From the NCBI GenBank assembly GCA_964016885.1, contig OZ024742.1:128030001-128094000 (forward strand): DNA of 64,000 nt, given 5' to 3'. Each line of letters opens with the position of its first letter. Within the stretch, counting starts at the first letter, position 1. Both the position numbers and the translations under genes were made by a program. This stretch comes from Eledone cirrhosa (Eukaryota). The notes below the pieces were generated by a model. The model was not told the origin of the DNA. It was given only the letters and a program-made list of their open reading frames with translations, and made no database searches. Shown here in pieces: positions 1-13,935 of this stretch.

Positions 1-1051
1 CACATATGTATTGTCGAAGTTGAAACTGAGAACCACCACCCCTCCTGCTGACCCAAATGTTTACTGAGGACCAGAACACCATTCTCCGCAATATAAGAGA
101 GGAATGCGCTTGCCGGACTATTGATGACCATAACATCACATTCCAAGGTAATGGCAAAACACAGTGAATACTAAACACGATCAGAACACCACAACATGCA
201 CATCGGAGCAACAGAGATATAATATCAATAAGCAAATCAATTGAATTTTTTGAGTTGAAATACATATAAATATGTGTCTGTGTGTATCGGACACACGTAC
301 ACATAAAGAAACTGCTGACCTAAATGTACCTGTCATGCCTGTCTGAATTCCTAAGAGAATTTTCGGTCAGTTACTATCTTGACCGATTACCCTCACAATT
401 ACTACGTAGCGGTTCTTGCACATGACTGCTGAACCTGGATGAAATGAAGACGAAGAATTTCCTTGCGTACCGTTTTGTACCACAGATGCGATCTCACTCT
501 GCCTCGTTAATGTTCAATCGACTCCAAAGTTCTATGTTCGGGGCAATAGAATTGAATCCAACCACCGACAACATAGTTGGATGACCGATAATCACACCAA
601 ACCGTAGTACTGTGATCCTTGTGATTTCGAGATATACAACCACTGACACTGTTACGAAGACCAGAAAACCATACTCCAAAATATTGAACCAAGTGATTGA
701 TTTGTGCGACCAAAATAACACCACACACATATTGAACTAGGAATATTGGATCCTCCGTCAATGTCTGGGTGAGCAAAAATAGATTTCTATCTGCACTGGA
801 ATTTACGAACTTGTGCATCTGCTGTGGTGTCAAAAACAAACGCACATGACCGCACAGATGAACAATGGACTATGCCACGTGGCTTGAACCTGCAAGTGAA
901 TTGAAGGATGTGTAACTCTGATATACAGATTATTTATTATTAAGATGTATAAACTTGACATAACTATTATCATCTTATATTCTCTCAACTAATCACATTT
1001 GATTATATTTCTCTATCCCGTTTTCTCCCCCCATATTTATATTTTTATTTG

Positions 1052-1087
<36 letters not shown>

Positions 1088-1600
1088 GGTTTTTTTTTTT
1101 ACATTGTATTTTCCCCTTCAAATACTTGCTTATATTTCTTTATATATTCTCTATATATTTTTTTATATATATTTTTTATCTTTATTCTTATTTTCACTTT
1201 TATCCTCCTCTATATTTTACCTTATTCTTACTTTTATACCTTATTATAGTGTAATCTTCCCCATGCTTTAGTATACATTATTAATTATAGATTATTACTC
1301 TTTTTCCATTTCTAATTACCTCATGTACTTTCTCCTCCGTTATATATATATTGTATGCCCTTTGTGTGCGTGTAGCCTCTGCACACCCTCTGCACCCTAC
1401 TATCGACGCCACCCCATCTATGGCTCAAGTAACCACTCGACTCCCGGGAATGAATATGACCGCAGCTAATAAACAAGGACCCACATCCCACCCTCCCGCA
1501 CCAAAATTAGACTTATCGTCCCTTACTTTTGCTCTTTACTCTCTTTACTCTTTGTTCTTGAATGTTTGGTTGGTAGAGTACATAACACCAATCAAACCCC

Positions 1601-1660
1601 TTTTATAGCTCTGACGAATCCTACGGTTACGTAAGGAAGAAACATTGTAGGCCAATAAAA
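1601..1660 (+). ncRNA. Degenerate type-I hammerhead ribozyme followed by AATAAA (Penelope-like pLTR style)
   Basis: CTGACGA 1611-1617; stem II TCC-TACG/gtta/CGTA-a-GGA; GAAA 1639-1642; C-att-G, cleavage triplet GTA 1647-1649; weak stem I GCT/GGC extended by TTTTAT/ATAAAA; AATAAA 1654-1659. Confidence 0.6.
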
Positions 1661-1795
1661 ATCTTTTGATGTTGTAGACGCTCTTGTGTTCTTTATCATA
1701 TATACGGCTCTGCTCCAAAGCATAGAGCTAATTATTATGCTGCCAATACCTTAATGGGACACGGGTATACAATACCTAACTCCTATTAACCTAAG

Positions 1796-1854
<59 letters not shown>

Positions 1855-2069
1855 CACACACATATATATATATATACATACATACATATATATACACACA
1901 TATATATATATATATATACATATATACATACACATATATATATATATATATATACATATATACATACACATACATATATATACATACATATATACATACA
2001 CATACATATATATATATATACATACATATATATACACATACATATATATATATATACATACATATATAT

Positions 2070-2106
<37 letters not shown>

Positions 2107-2407
2107 TACATACACATACACATATATATATATATATATATACATACACATACACATATATATATATATATATACATATATATACATTCACATACTAATA
2201 TATATATATACATATATACATACATATACTAATATATATATATATATACATACACATACTAATATATATATATATATATAAACACATACATACACATATG
2301 TATATATACACACATACATACACATACTAATATATATATATATATACACACATACATACACATACTAATATATATATATATATATACACACATATATATA
2401 TATACTA

Positions 2408-2440
<33 letters not shown>

Positions 2441-2513
2441 TATATATATACACACATATATATATACACACATATATATATATATACACACATATATATA
2501 TATATATACACAC

Positions 2514-2544
<31 letters not shown>

Positions 2545-2549
2545 CACAC

Positions 2550-2580
<31 letters not shown>

Positions 2581-2673
2581 CACACATATATATATATATA
2601 CACACATATATATATATATACATATATATATATACACACATATATATATATACACACATATATATATATACAC

Positions 2674-2706
<33 letters not shown>

Positions 2707-2962
2707 CATATATATATATACATATATATATATATACATATATATATACATATATATATATATACATATATATATACATATATATATATGTAAACCCATG
2801 CAAGCGTGGAACACGGACGTTAAACGATATATATATACACATATATATATATATACATATATATACACATATATATATACACATATATATATATACACAT
2901 ATATATATACACATATATATATATATACACATATATATATATACACATATATACATATACAC

Positions 2963-3011
<49 letters not shown>

Positions 3012-3016
3012 CACAC

Positions 3017-3081
<65 letters not shown>

Positions 3082-3098
3082 CATATATACATATACAC

Positions 3099-3131
<33 letters not shown>

Positions 3132-3152
3132 CATATATACATATACACATAT
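1796..3152. repeat. (TA)n/(TACA)n compound microsatellite array
   Basis: Directly visible; interrupted by a 37-bp RTE 3' end at 2792-2828. Confidence 0.97.
2792..2828 (+). mobile_element. Extremely 5'-truncated RTE family-A 3' terminus
   Basis: AAACCCATGCAAGCGTGGAACACGGACGTTAAACG is identical to the 3' terminus at 10215-10249. Confidence 0.9.
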
Positions 3153-6100
3153 ATCATCATCATCATCATCAGGTTTAGCGTCCGTGTTCCACGCTTGCAT
3201 GGGTTTGGACGGGGGTTTTCCCACTTGAGGCAAGAGTGGTTGTCTTGCTCGCATAGGACTGTCTGGCGGGTTTTCTACAGTTGGATGCCCTTCCTAACAC
3301 CAACCACATTTACAGTGTGGGGCTGGGAGGTTTTTACCGTGTTGCCTACACGGCCACATTACAGCGTGGACTGTCTGGCGGGTTTTCTACAGCTGGATGC
3401 CCTTCCTAACACCAACCACATTTACAGTGTGGGGCTGGGAGGTTTTTACCGTGTTGCCTACACGGCCACATTTACAGCGTGGACTGTGTGTTTTTTGTCG
3501 TGACACCTACACGATCTCATTTGTTTCGGCCTGGATGTTGTGGGACCAACATAACTTTACATTGAAAGGGGCGGTGTGGGTGGGGTGGAGGTGGTGGGAC
3601 GGGGGTGTGTTTTGATAGAGGTGTCTACTGACTGTAGTAGGTTTTTACTTTGTATTTAGGTAAGGCGGGTCTTCTCTATTACTGAGTACCGCCAAAGGTC
3701 TCGGTCCAGTGACATTGTCTTGGAGAGGTGTAAGCGTGTGAGGTCGGAATTTATCAGCTCGTCCCATGTTTTTCTGGGTCTGCCTACTCCGTGGCTACCG
3801 TCTATCTTTATTGCCCTGCACTTTGTTATACAGCTGTCGTCTTTCATGCGCATCACGTGACCGTACCAACGTAGCCTTCTCTCGAGTAAACAACATCTGA
3901 TCCCTCTTATTTCTAATTTTTTCCTTAGTTCGTTTATGCTTTGCCGTTCACGTATATTACTATTGCACATCCAGCGGAGCATGCAAGCTTCGTTCCTCTC
4001 TAGTCTGCGTATATCCTCTGCACACAATGCCCAGGTCTCACCGCCATGCAGCATTGCTGTTCGTATGCAGGCATCGTATAACCTGCCTTTCATTTTTAGG
4101 GAGAACCCTCTAGCGGCTAATAGTGGTATAAGCTCTCTGAACTTTTTCCATCCAGTTCTGACTCTAGCTACTGTACTTTCAGAGCACCCTCCCCCACTGC
4201 TGATTTTGTCACCCAGATAACGGAAGCTGTCCACTATTTCTATAGAACCCTCTGCGCAGTTGAAGGAGCTAGTATTTTGTGGGCACTTGCTGCTACTTAT
4301 TGCACCAGAGCACCGGCCACATGTAAAATCTATGTTCTTAGTTAGCTTACCTGTGATCCCACTACATCTTTTATGCACCCATACTTTGCATTTGGGACAT
4401 AAAATGGAGTTTCTACCTACGCCTTTCCTACACACTGAGCATGGCCATTTCCCCGATGGGACCGCCGCCTTATTTTCTTTCCTACAAACTAGAACTTTAG
4501 TCTTAGCCAGGTTAATTTTAAGGCCTTTTGATTCTAGGCCGTGCTTCCACGTTTGGAATTTCTTCTCTAGTTCGGTCATTGATTCAGCTATGAGCGTTAG
4601 ATCATCTGCGTATAGGAGTTCCCATGGGCAGCCGGTCTTGAACTCCTCTGTTATAGCCTGAAGGGCAATAATAAATAGTAGGGGGCTAAGTACAGAGCCC
4701 TGATGGACACCAACTTTTACGCTAAACTCTTCACTATATTCGTTGTTAATTCTAACCTTACTGACTGTTTCTTTATACATGGCTTGTATAGCTCTCACAA
4801 GCCATTCGTCAACACCTAGTTTTCTAAGAGACCACCAGATAATGGAACGGGGGACTCTGTCGAAGGCTTTCTCCAAGTCGACAAAAGCTAAGTATAGGGG
4901 TTTACTTTTAGCTAGGTACTTCTCCTGTAGTTGTCGTACAATGAAAAGAGCGTCTGTGGTACTTTTGCCTGACACAAACCCGAACTGCATTTCATCTAGA
5001 TCAATTCTCTCTCTGATTAGTTGCGCTATTACTTTTTCCGTGACCTTCATGACCTGGTCGATTAATTTAATGCCTCTATAGTTACTCCTATCTAGGGCAT
5101 CTCCTTTTCCCTTATAGCAGTTAACGATGATGCTGCTACGCCATTCCTTCGGAACAACCCCATTCTGTACGACTTGGTTAACTATCCGGGTGACCATGGT
5201 GTGTCCCACCGAACCAGATGCCTTCAGCATCTCAGCAACTATTTCCGAAGGCCCAGCCGCCTTACCCGTCTTCATATCTTTGATTGCCTTACTTATTATA
5301 CTACCTTTAACTAACACTGCTGGTCCCTCTATTGGATCGATCTGGGGGAGACTGTCTTTCTCCCATTTGTTCTCCTCATTTAGAAGCCTTTCGTAGTGAC
5401 ACTTCCAAGCTACCTTCTTATCAGCGTCGGTGATGGCAAGTATGCCATCATCGTTAAGTACACACTTCTCCCCGACAATATCACGGTTTTCCTTGACACA
5501 TTGCCTGGCAATCCTGAACACCTCACGTTTTTGGTCCTCACGTTGTAGAACATGCTTGAACTTTCTTTCCTCTGCTTCCCTTCTTGCTAAGTACACTTGT
5601 CTCCTAGCTTCCCTCCTGGCCACTTGATAGTCTTCTCTACTTCCCCCATCCCGCCATACTTTCCAAGCCTGCTTTTTGGCCTTAATTGACTCCTCCACCT
5701 TACTGTTCCACCACCATGTTACTCTCCTCCTACCTACAGGCCTGCTCCAGCCACAGACTTCGTCTGCCGCCGTCAGCAGGTTTGCTCTCAGGAATTCCCA
5801 CTGTTCCTCTATATTATACGACTCTAATTGCTCTTCCTTACTGTCGAAAGCGTCAAGTAATTTGCTTTGAAATTTATTTCTGGCTATGGGGTCCTTTAGC
5901 TTCCATATTTTTCTCCTGAGGATAGTCCTCTTTCGCTGTCTAGTACGTCTCGTCCTGACTATGAGGTCGCTAATTATCAGTCTATGTTGGGAGGTGAATT
6001 CTTCATGGGGGTGGGATTTAGTGTTAACAACAGACACTCTGTCACGTCTTCTGGTAAGGATATAATCTACCTGGCTTGTGTGTTCCCCCGATCTATAGAT

Positions 6101-6458
6101 GATTTTTTGAAGTTAGTGTTACAGATAGTTAAGTTATTTGCGTCGCAGAATTCCAGGATTCTGGAGCCTTCCTCATTTCTAGTACCGAACCCATAGCCTC
6201 CATGGATTCCGTCATAGCCGTCACAATGTTGTCCAACGTGACCATTTAGGTCGCCTGCAATAACTATATAGTCACTGTCGGTTATTTGGGAGGTAGCGAG
6301 CATCAGTGTCTCGTAGAATCTGTCTTTTATAGCGCGGGGCTGTCCGGATTGGGGTGCGTACGCAGATATTACTGTCACCGTAGTTTTATTGAGGACAAGT
6401 CTTATTTTAATTATTCTGTCGTTCACTCTATTTACGTCTATTATCTTATCTGCCCACT

Positions 6459-6459
<1 letters not shown>
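3153..6459 (-). mobile_element. RTE-clade LINE family A, copy 1 (truncated within the AP endonuclease; (GAT)n tail)
   Basis: APE motifs SAYAPQ and AGDLNGHVG at 6067-6458; RT ORF; 3' UTR 3171-3655; (CAT)n at 3153-3171. Confidence 0.96.
3656..6037 (-). CDS. RTE reverse transcriptase ORF, uninterrupted 793 aa, with a PHD-like zinc finger
   Basis: [62 protein letters not shown]. Confidence 0.93.
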   Translation of the reverse strand: MSVVNTKSHPHEEFTSQHRLIISDLIVRTRRTRQRKRTILRRKIWKLKDPIARNKFQSKLLDAFDSKEEQLESYNIEEQWEFLRANLLTAADEVCGWSRPVGRRRVTWWWNSKVEESIKAKKQAWKVWRDGGSREDYQVARREARRQVYLARREAEERKFKHVLQREDQKREVFRIARQCVKENRDIVGEKCVLNDDGILAITDADKKVAWKCHYERLLNEENKWEKDSLPQIDPIEGPAVLVKGSIISKAIKDMKTGKAAGPSEIVAEMLKASGSVGHTMVTRIVNQVVQNGVVPKEWRSSIIVNCYKGKGDALDRSNYRGIKLIDQVMKVTEKVIAQLIRERIDLDEMQFGFVSGKSTTDALFIVRQLQEKYLAKSKPLYLAFVDLEKAFDRVPRSIIWWSLRKLGVDEWLVRAIQAMYKETVSKVRINNEYSEEFSVKVGVHQGSVLSPLLFIIALQAITEEFKTGCPWELLYADDLTLIAESMTELEKKFQTWKHGLESKGLKINLAKTKVLVCRKENKAAVPSGKWPCSVCRKGVGRNSILCPKCKVWVHKRCSGITGKLTKNIDFTCGRCSGAISSSKCPQNTSSFNCAEGSIEIVDSFRYLGDKISSGGGCSESTVARVRTGWKKFRELIPLLAARGFSLKMKGRLYDACIRTAMLHGGETWALCAEDIRRLERNEACMLRWMCNSNIRERQSINELRKKLEIRGIRCCLLERRLRWYGHVMRMKDDSCITKCRAIKIDGSHGVGRPRKTWDELINSDLTRLHLSKTMSLDRDLWRYSVIEKTRLT

Positions 6460-7681
<1,222 letters not shown>

Positions 7682-10274
7682 TCGACAGTAAGGAAGAACA
7701 TTTAGAGTCGGACAATATAGAGGGAGAGTGGGAATTTCTGAAAGCAAACCTGCTGTTGGCGACAGACGAAGTCTGTGGCTGGAGCAGGCCTGTAGGCAGG
7801 AGGAGAGTAACATGGTGGTAGAACAGTAAGGTGGAGGGGTCAATTAAGGCCAAAAAGCAGGCTTGGAAAGTATGGCGGGATGGGGGAAGTAGAGAAGACT
7901 ATCAAGTGGCCAGGAGGGAAGCTAGGAGACAAGTGTACTTAGCAAGAAGGGAAGCTGAGGAAAGAAAGTTCAAGCATGTTCTACAACGCGATGACCAAAA
8001 ACGTGAGGTGTTCAGGATTGCTAGGCAATACGTCAAGGAAAACAGTGATATTGTCGGGGAGAAGTGTGTACTAAACGATGATGGCACACTTGCCATCACT
8101 GACGCTGATAAGAAGGTAGCTTGGAAGTGTCACTATGAAAGGCTACTAAATGAGGAGAATAAATGGGAGAAAGACAGTCTCCCCCATATCGACCCAATAG
8201 AGGGACCAGCAATGTTAGTCGAGGGGAGTATAATAAGTAAGGCAATCAAAGATATGAAGACGGGTAAGGCGGCTGGGCCTTCGGAAATAGTTGCTGAGAT
8301 GCTGAAGGCATCTGGCACGGTGGGACACACCATGGTCACCCGCATAGTTAACCAAGTCGTACAGAATGGGGTTGTTCCGAAGGACTGGCATAGCAGCATC
8401 ATCGTTAACTGTTATAAGGGTAAAGGAGACACCCTAGATAGGAGTAACTATAGAGGCATTAAATTAATCGACCAGGTCATGAAGGTCACGGAAAAAGTAA
8501 TAGCACAACTAATCAGAGAGAGAATTGACCTAGATGAAATGCAGTTCGGGTTTGTGTCAGGCAAAAGTACCACAGACGCTCTTTTCATTGTACGACAACT
8601 ACAGGAGAAGTACCTAGCTAAAGGTGAACCCCTCTACTTAGCTTTTGTCGACTTGGAGAAAGCCTTCGACAGAGTCCCCCGCTCCATTATCTGGTGGGCT
8701 CTTAGAAAACTAGGCGTTGACGAATGGCTTGTGAGAGCTATACAAGCCATGTATAAAGAAACAGTCAGCAAGGTTAGAATTAACAACGAATATAGTGAAG
8801 AGTTTAGCGTAAAAGTTGGCGTCCATCAGGGCTCTGTTCTCAGCCCCCTACTATTTATTATTGCCCTTCAGGCTATAACAGAGGAGTTCAAGACCGGCTG
8901 CCCATGGGAACTCCTATACGCAGACGACCTGACACTCATAGCGGAATCAATGGCCGAGCTAGAGAAGAAATTCCAAACATGGAAGCACGGCCTAGAATCA
9001 AAAGGCCTTAAAATTAACCTGGCTAAGACTAAAGTTCTAGTTTGTAGGAAAGAAAATAAGGCGGCGGTCCCTTCTGGGAAATGGTCGTGCTTGGTGTGTA
9101 GGAAATGCGTAGGTAGAAACTCCATTTTATGTCCTAAATGCAAAGTATGGGTGCATAAAAGATGTAGTGGGATCACAGGTAAGCTAACTAAGAACATAGA
9201 TTTTACATGTGGCCGGTGCTCTGGTGCAATAAGTAGCAGCAAGTGCCCACAAATACTAGCTCTTTCAATTGCGCAGAGGGTTCTATAGAAATAGTGGACA
9301 GTTTCCGTTACCTGGGTGATAAAATCAGCAGTGGGGGAGGGTGCTCTGAAAGTACAGTAGCTAGAGTCAGAACTGGTTGGAAAAAGTTCAGAGAGCTTAT
9401 ACCACTATTAGCTGCTAAAGGGTTCTCCCTAAAAATGAAAGGCAGGTTGTACGATGCCTGCATACGAACAGCAATGTTGCATGGCAGTGAGACCTGGGCA
9501 TTGTGTGCAGAGGATATACGCAGACTAGAGAGAAACGAAGCTTGCATGCTCCGCTGGATGTGTAACAGTAATATACGTGAACGGCAAAGCATAAACGAAC
9601 TAAGGAAAAAATTAGAAATAAGAGGGATCAGATGTTGTTTACTCGAGAGAAGGCTATGTTGGTATGGACACGTGATGCGCATGAAAGTCGATAGCTGTAT
9701 AACAAAGTGCAGGGCAATAAAGATAGACGGTAGCCACGGAATAGGCAGACCTAGAAAAACCTGGGACGAGCTGATAAACTCCGACCTCACACACTTACAC
9801 CTCTCCAAGACAATGTCACTGGACCGAGACCTTTGGCGATACTCAGTAACAGAGAAGACCCGCCTTACCTAAATACATAGTAAAACCTACTACAGCCAGT
9901 AGGCATCTCTAACAAAATACCCCCCCCCCCCCATCCCACCACCCCCATCCCATCCACACCACCCCGTTCTATGTAAAGTTATGTTGGTGCCACACCATCC
10001 AGGCCGAAACAAATGAGATCGTGTAGGTGACACGACAAAAAAACACACAGTCCACGCTGTAATGTGGCCGTGTAGGCAACACGGTAAAAACCTCCCAGAC
10101 CCACACTGTAAATGTAGTTGGTGTTAGGAAGGGCATCCAACTGTAGAAAACCTGCCAGACAGTCCTATGCGAGCAAGACAATCACTCTTGCCTCAAGTGG
10201 GACTACCCCCGTCCAAACCCATGCAAGCGTGGAACACGGACGTTAAACGTTGATGATGATGATGATGATGATGA
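7682..10274 (+). mobile_element. RTE family A, copy 2 (5'-truncated; TAG at 7819-7821; 1-nt frameshift near 9252)
   Basis: ORFs 7831-9288 and 9243-9872 together match the copy-1 protein; 3' UTR and (TGA)n tail 10251-10274. Confidence 0.96.
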
Positions 10275-10275
10275 C

Positions 10276-10306
<31 letters not shown>

Positions 10307-10367
10307 CATATATATACATATATATATATACACACATATATATATATACACACATATATATATATAT

Positions 10368-10424
<57 letters not shown>

Positions 10425-10880
10425 TCCACACATATATATACACACATACACTATGTTGAAAAGCTAACACACCAGAGAGAGAGATATACAGTGTGCTATC
10501 AATAATACATGGAAAAAACCCACCAGTGTATGGAATCTATAAGCTATGAAAGGCAGAATATAGACACGATAATTAAAAATATAAATTAAAGCGTAAATAA
10601 ATACCTCTATAACTATATAACACACGTACAAATTCAAAGATACTAATCCAAAGATATGTTTCACTAGTAATTTGTTGAAAGAAATGCTTTAGCCTCGGTT
10701 CATCAGCATGTGTAAGGCTATACATTTCAGACAACACTAAGATAATTTTAAAAGTGGCTGTCCAGATACACGTGGGAGAGAGAAGTCACAGCGTGTTTCA
10801 GGGCAGTGAACCAGTGGCTTCTGAGGGATGAACTGCTAGGCCAAAGCCACCCAGAGAAGTGTGTATATATATATATATAT

Positions 10881-11466
10881 ATCATCATCATCATCATCAT
10901 CATCAACGTTTAACGTCCGTGTTCCACGCTTGCATGGGTTTGGACGGGGGTAGTCCCACTTGAGGCAAGAGTGATTGTCTTGCTCGCATAGGACTGTCTG
11001 GCAGGTTTTCTACAGTTGGATGCCCTTCCTAACACCAACCACATTTACAGTGTGGGTCTGGGAGGTTTTTACCGTGTTGCCTACACGGCCACATTACAGC
11101 GTGGACTGTGTTTTTTTGTCGTGACACCTACCCGATCTCATTTGTTTCGGCCTCGATGGCGCAGCACCAACATAACTTTACATAGAACGGGGTGGTGTGG
11201 ATAGGGTGGGGGTGGTGGTGGTGGGACGGGGTGTATTTTGTTAGAGATGCCTACTGGCTGGAGTAGGTTTTACTATATATTTAGGTAAGGCGGGTCTTCT
11301 CTGTTACTGAGTACCGCCAAAGGTCTCGGTCCAGTGACATTGTCTTGGAGAGGTGTAAGTGTGTGATGTCGGAGTTTATCAGCTCGTCCCAGGTTTTTCT
11401 AGGTCTGCCTATACCGTGACTACCGTCTATCTTTATTGCCCTGCACTTTGTTATACAGCTATCGAC

Positions 11467-11472
<6 letters not shown>
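10881..11472 (-). mobile_element. RTE family A, copy 3 (3' fragment)
   Basis: [10 protein letters not shown]...[12 protein letters not shown], (CAT)n tail. Confidence 0.95.
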
Positions 11473-11546
<74 letters not shown>

Positions 11547-11547
11547 G

Positions 11548-11607
<60 letters not shown>

Positions 11608-11633
11608 GTATATATATATATGTATATATATAT

Positions 11634-13935
11634 AACAGTAGGGTGGAGGGGTCAATTAAGGCCAAAAAGCAGGCTTGGAAAGTATGGCGGGATGGGGGAA
11701 GTAGAGTAGACTATCAAGTGGCTAGGAGGGAAGCTAGGAGAGAAGTGTACTTAGCAAGAAGGGAAGCTGAGGAAAGAAAGTTCAAGCATGTTCTACAACG
11801 CGATGACCAAAAACATGAGGTGTTCAGGATTGCTAGGCAATGCGTCAAGGAAAACCGTGATATTGTCGGGGAGAAGTGTGTACTTAACGATGATGGCATA
11901 CTTGCCATCACCGACACTGATAAGAAGGTAGCTTGGAAGTGTCACTATGAAAGGCTACTAAATGAGGAGAACAAATGGGAGAAAGACAGTCTCCCCCATA
12001 TCGACCCAATAGAGGGACCAGCAGTGTTAGTCGAGGGGAGTATAATAAGTAAGGCAATCAAGGATATGAAGACGGGTAAGGCGGCTGGGCCTTCGGAAAT
12101 AGTTGCTGAGATGCTGAAGGCATCTGGCACGGTGGGACACACCATGGTCACCCGCATAGTTAACCAAGTCGTACAGAATGGGGTTGTTCCGAAGGACTGG
12201 CATAGCAGCATCATCATTAACTGTTATAAGGGTAAAGGAGACGCCCTAGATAGGAGTAACTATAGAGGCATTAAATTAATCGACCAGGTCATGAAGGTCA
12301 CGGAAAAAGTAATAGCGCAACTAATCAGAGAGAGAATTGACCTAGATGAAATGCAGTTCGGGTTTGTGTCGGGCAAAAGCACCACAGACGCTCTTTTCAT
12401 AGTACGACAACTACAGGAGAAGTACCTAGCTAAAGGTAAACCCCTCTACTTAGCTTTTGTCGACCTGGAGAAAGCCTTCGACAGAGTCCCCTGCTCCATT
12501 ATCTGGTGGGCTCTTAGAAAACTAGGCATTGACGAATGGCTTGTGAGGGCTATACAAGCCATGTATAAAGAAACAGTCAGCAAGGTTAGAATTAACAACG
12601 AATATAGTGAAGAGTTTAGCGTAAAAGTTGGCGTCCATCAGGGCTCTGTTCTCAGCCCCCTACTATTTATTATTGCCCTTCAGGCTATAACAGAGGAGTT
12701 CAAGACAGGCTGCCCATGGAAACTCCTATACGCAGACGACCTGACACTCATAGCGGAATCAATGGCCGAGCTAGAGAAGAAATTCCAAACATGGAAGCAC
12801 GGCCTAGAGTCAAAAGGACTTAAAATTAACCTGGCTAAGACCAAAGTTCTAGTTTGTAGGAAAGAAAACAAGGCGGCGGTCCCTTCTGGGAAATGGTCGT
12901 GCTCGGTGTGTAGGAAAGGCGTAGGTAGAAACTCCATTTTATGTCCTAAATGCAAAGTATGGGTGCATAAAAGATGTAGTGGGATCACAGGTAAGCTAAC
13001 TAAGAACATAGATTTTACATGTGGCCGGTGTTCTGGTGCAATAAGTAGCAGCAAGTGCCCACAAAATACTAGCTCTTTCAATTGCGCAGAGGGTTCTATA
13101 GAAATAGTGGACAGCTTCCGTTACCTGGGCGATAAAATCAGCAGTGGGGGAGGGTGCTCTGAAAGTACTGTAGCTAGAGTCAGAACTGGTTGGAAAAAGT
13201 TCAGAGAGCTTATACCACTATTAGCTGCTAAAGGGTTCTCCCTAAAAATGAAAGGCAGGTTGTACGATGCCTGCATACGAACATCAATGTTGCATGGTAG
13301 TGAGACCTGGGCATTGTGTGCAGAGGATATACGCAGACTAGAGAGGAACGAAGCTTGCATGCTCCGCTGGATGTGTAACAGTAATATACGTGAACGGCAA
13401 AGCATAAACGAACTAAGGAAAAAATTAGAGATAAGAGGGATCAGATGTTGTTTACTCGAGAGAAGGCTGCGTTGGTATGGACACGTGATGCGCATGAAAG
13501 TCGATAGCTGTATAACAAAGTGCAGGGCAATGAAGATAGACGGTAGCCACGGAATAGGCAGACCTAGAAAAACCTGGGATGAGCTGATAAACTCCGACCT
13601 CACACACTTACACCTCTCCAAGACAATGTCACTGGACCGAGACCTTTGGCGGTACTCAGTAACAGAGAAGACCCGCCTTGCCAGTAGGCATCTCTAACAA
13701 AATACACCCCGTCCCGCCACCACCCCCACCCCATCCACACCACCCCGTTCTATGTAAAGTTATGTTGGTGCCGCGCCATCCAGGCCGAAACAAATGAGAT
13801 CGTGTAGGTGTCACGACCAAAAAACACACAGTCCACGCTGTAATGTGGCCGTGTAGGCAACACGGTAAAAACCTCCCAGACCCACACTGTAAATGTAGTT
13901 GGTGTTAGGAAGGGCATCCAACTGTAGAAAACCTG
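11634..13935 (+). mobile_element. RTE family A, copy 4 (open RT ORF 11634-13697; tail deleted)
   Basis: Uninterrupted RT ORF; short deletion across the normal stop; UTR ends at its junction with copy 5. Confidence 0.96.

Noticed and set aside
1-900. Moderately GC-rich unique sequence with ORFs 494-730 and 507-845
   Set aside because: No recognisable motif in the frames I read; cannot assign
1052-1100. A34-TCGG-T11 as a retrocopy tail or hairpin
   Set aside because: No TSD or parent sequence identifiable
3936-5919. Antisense ORFs recurring over the RTE copies
   Set aside because: Shadows of the RT reading frame, repeated only because the elements are repeated
10650-10710. Minus-strand CTGATGA...GAAACATATC hammerhead-like motif
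   Set aside because: Stems I and II do not pair convincingly; at most a decayed relic
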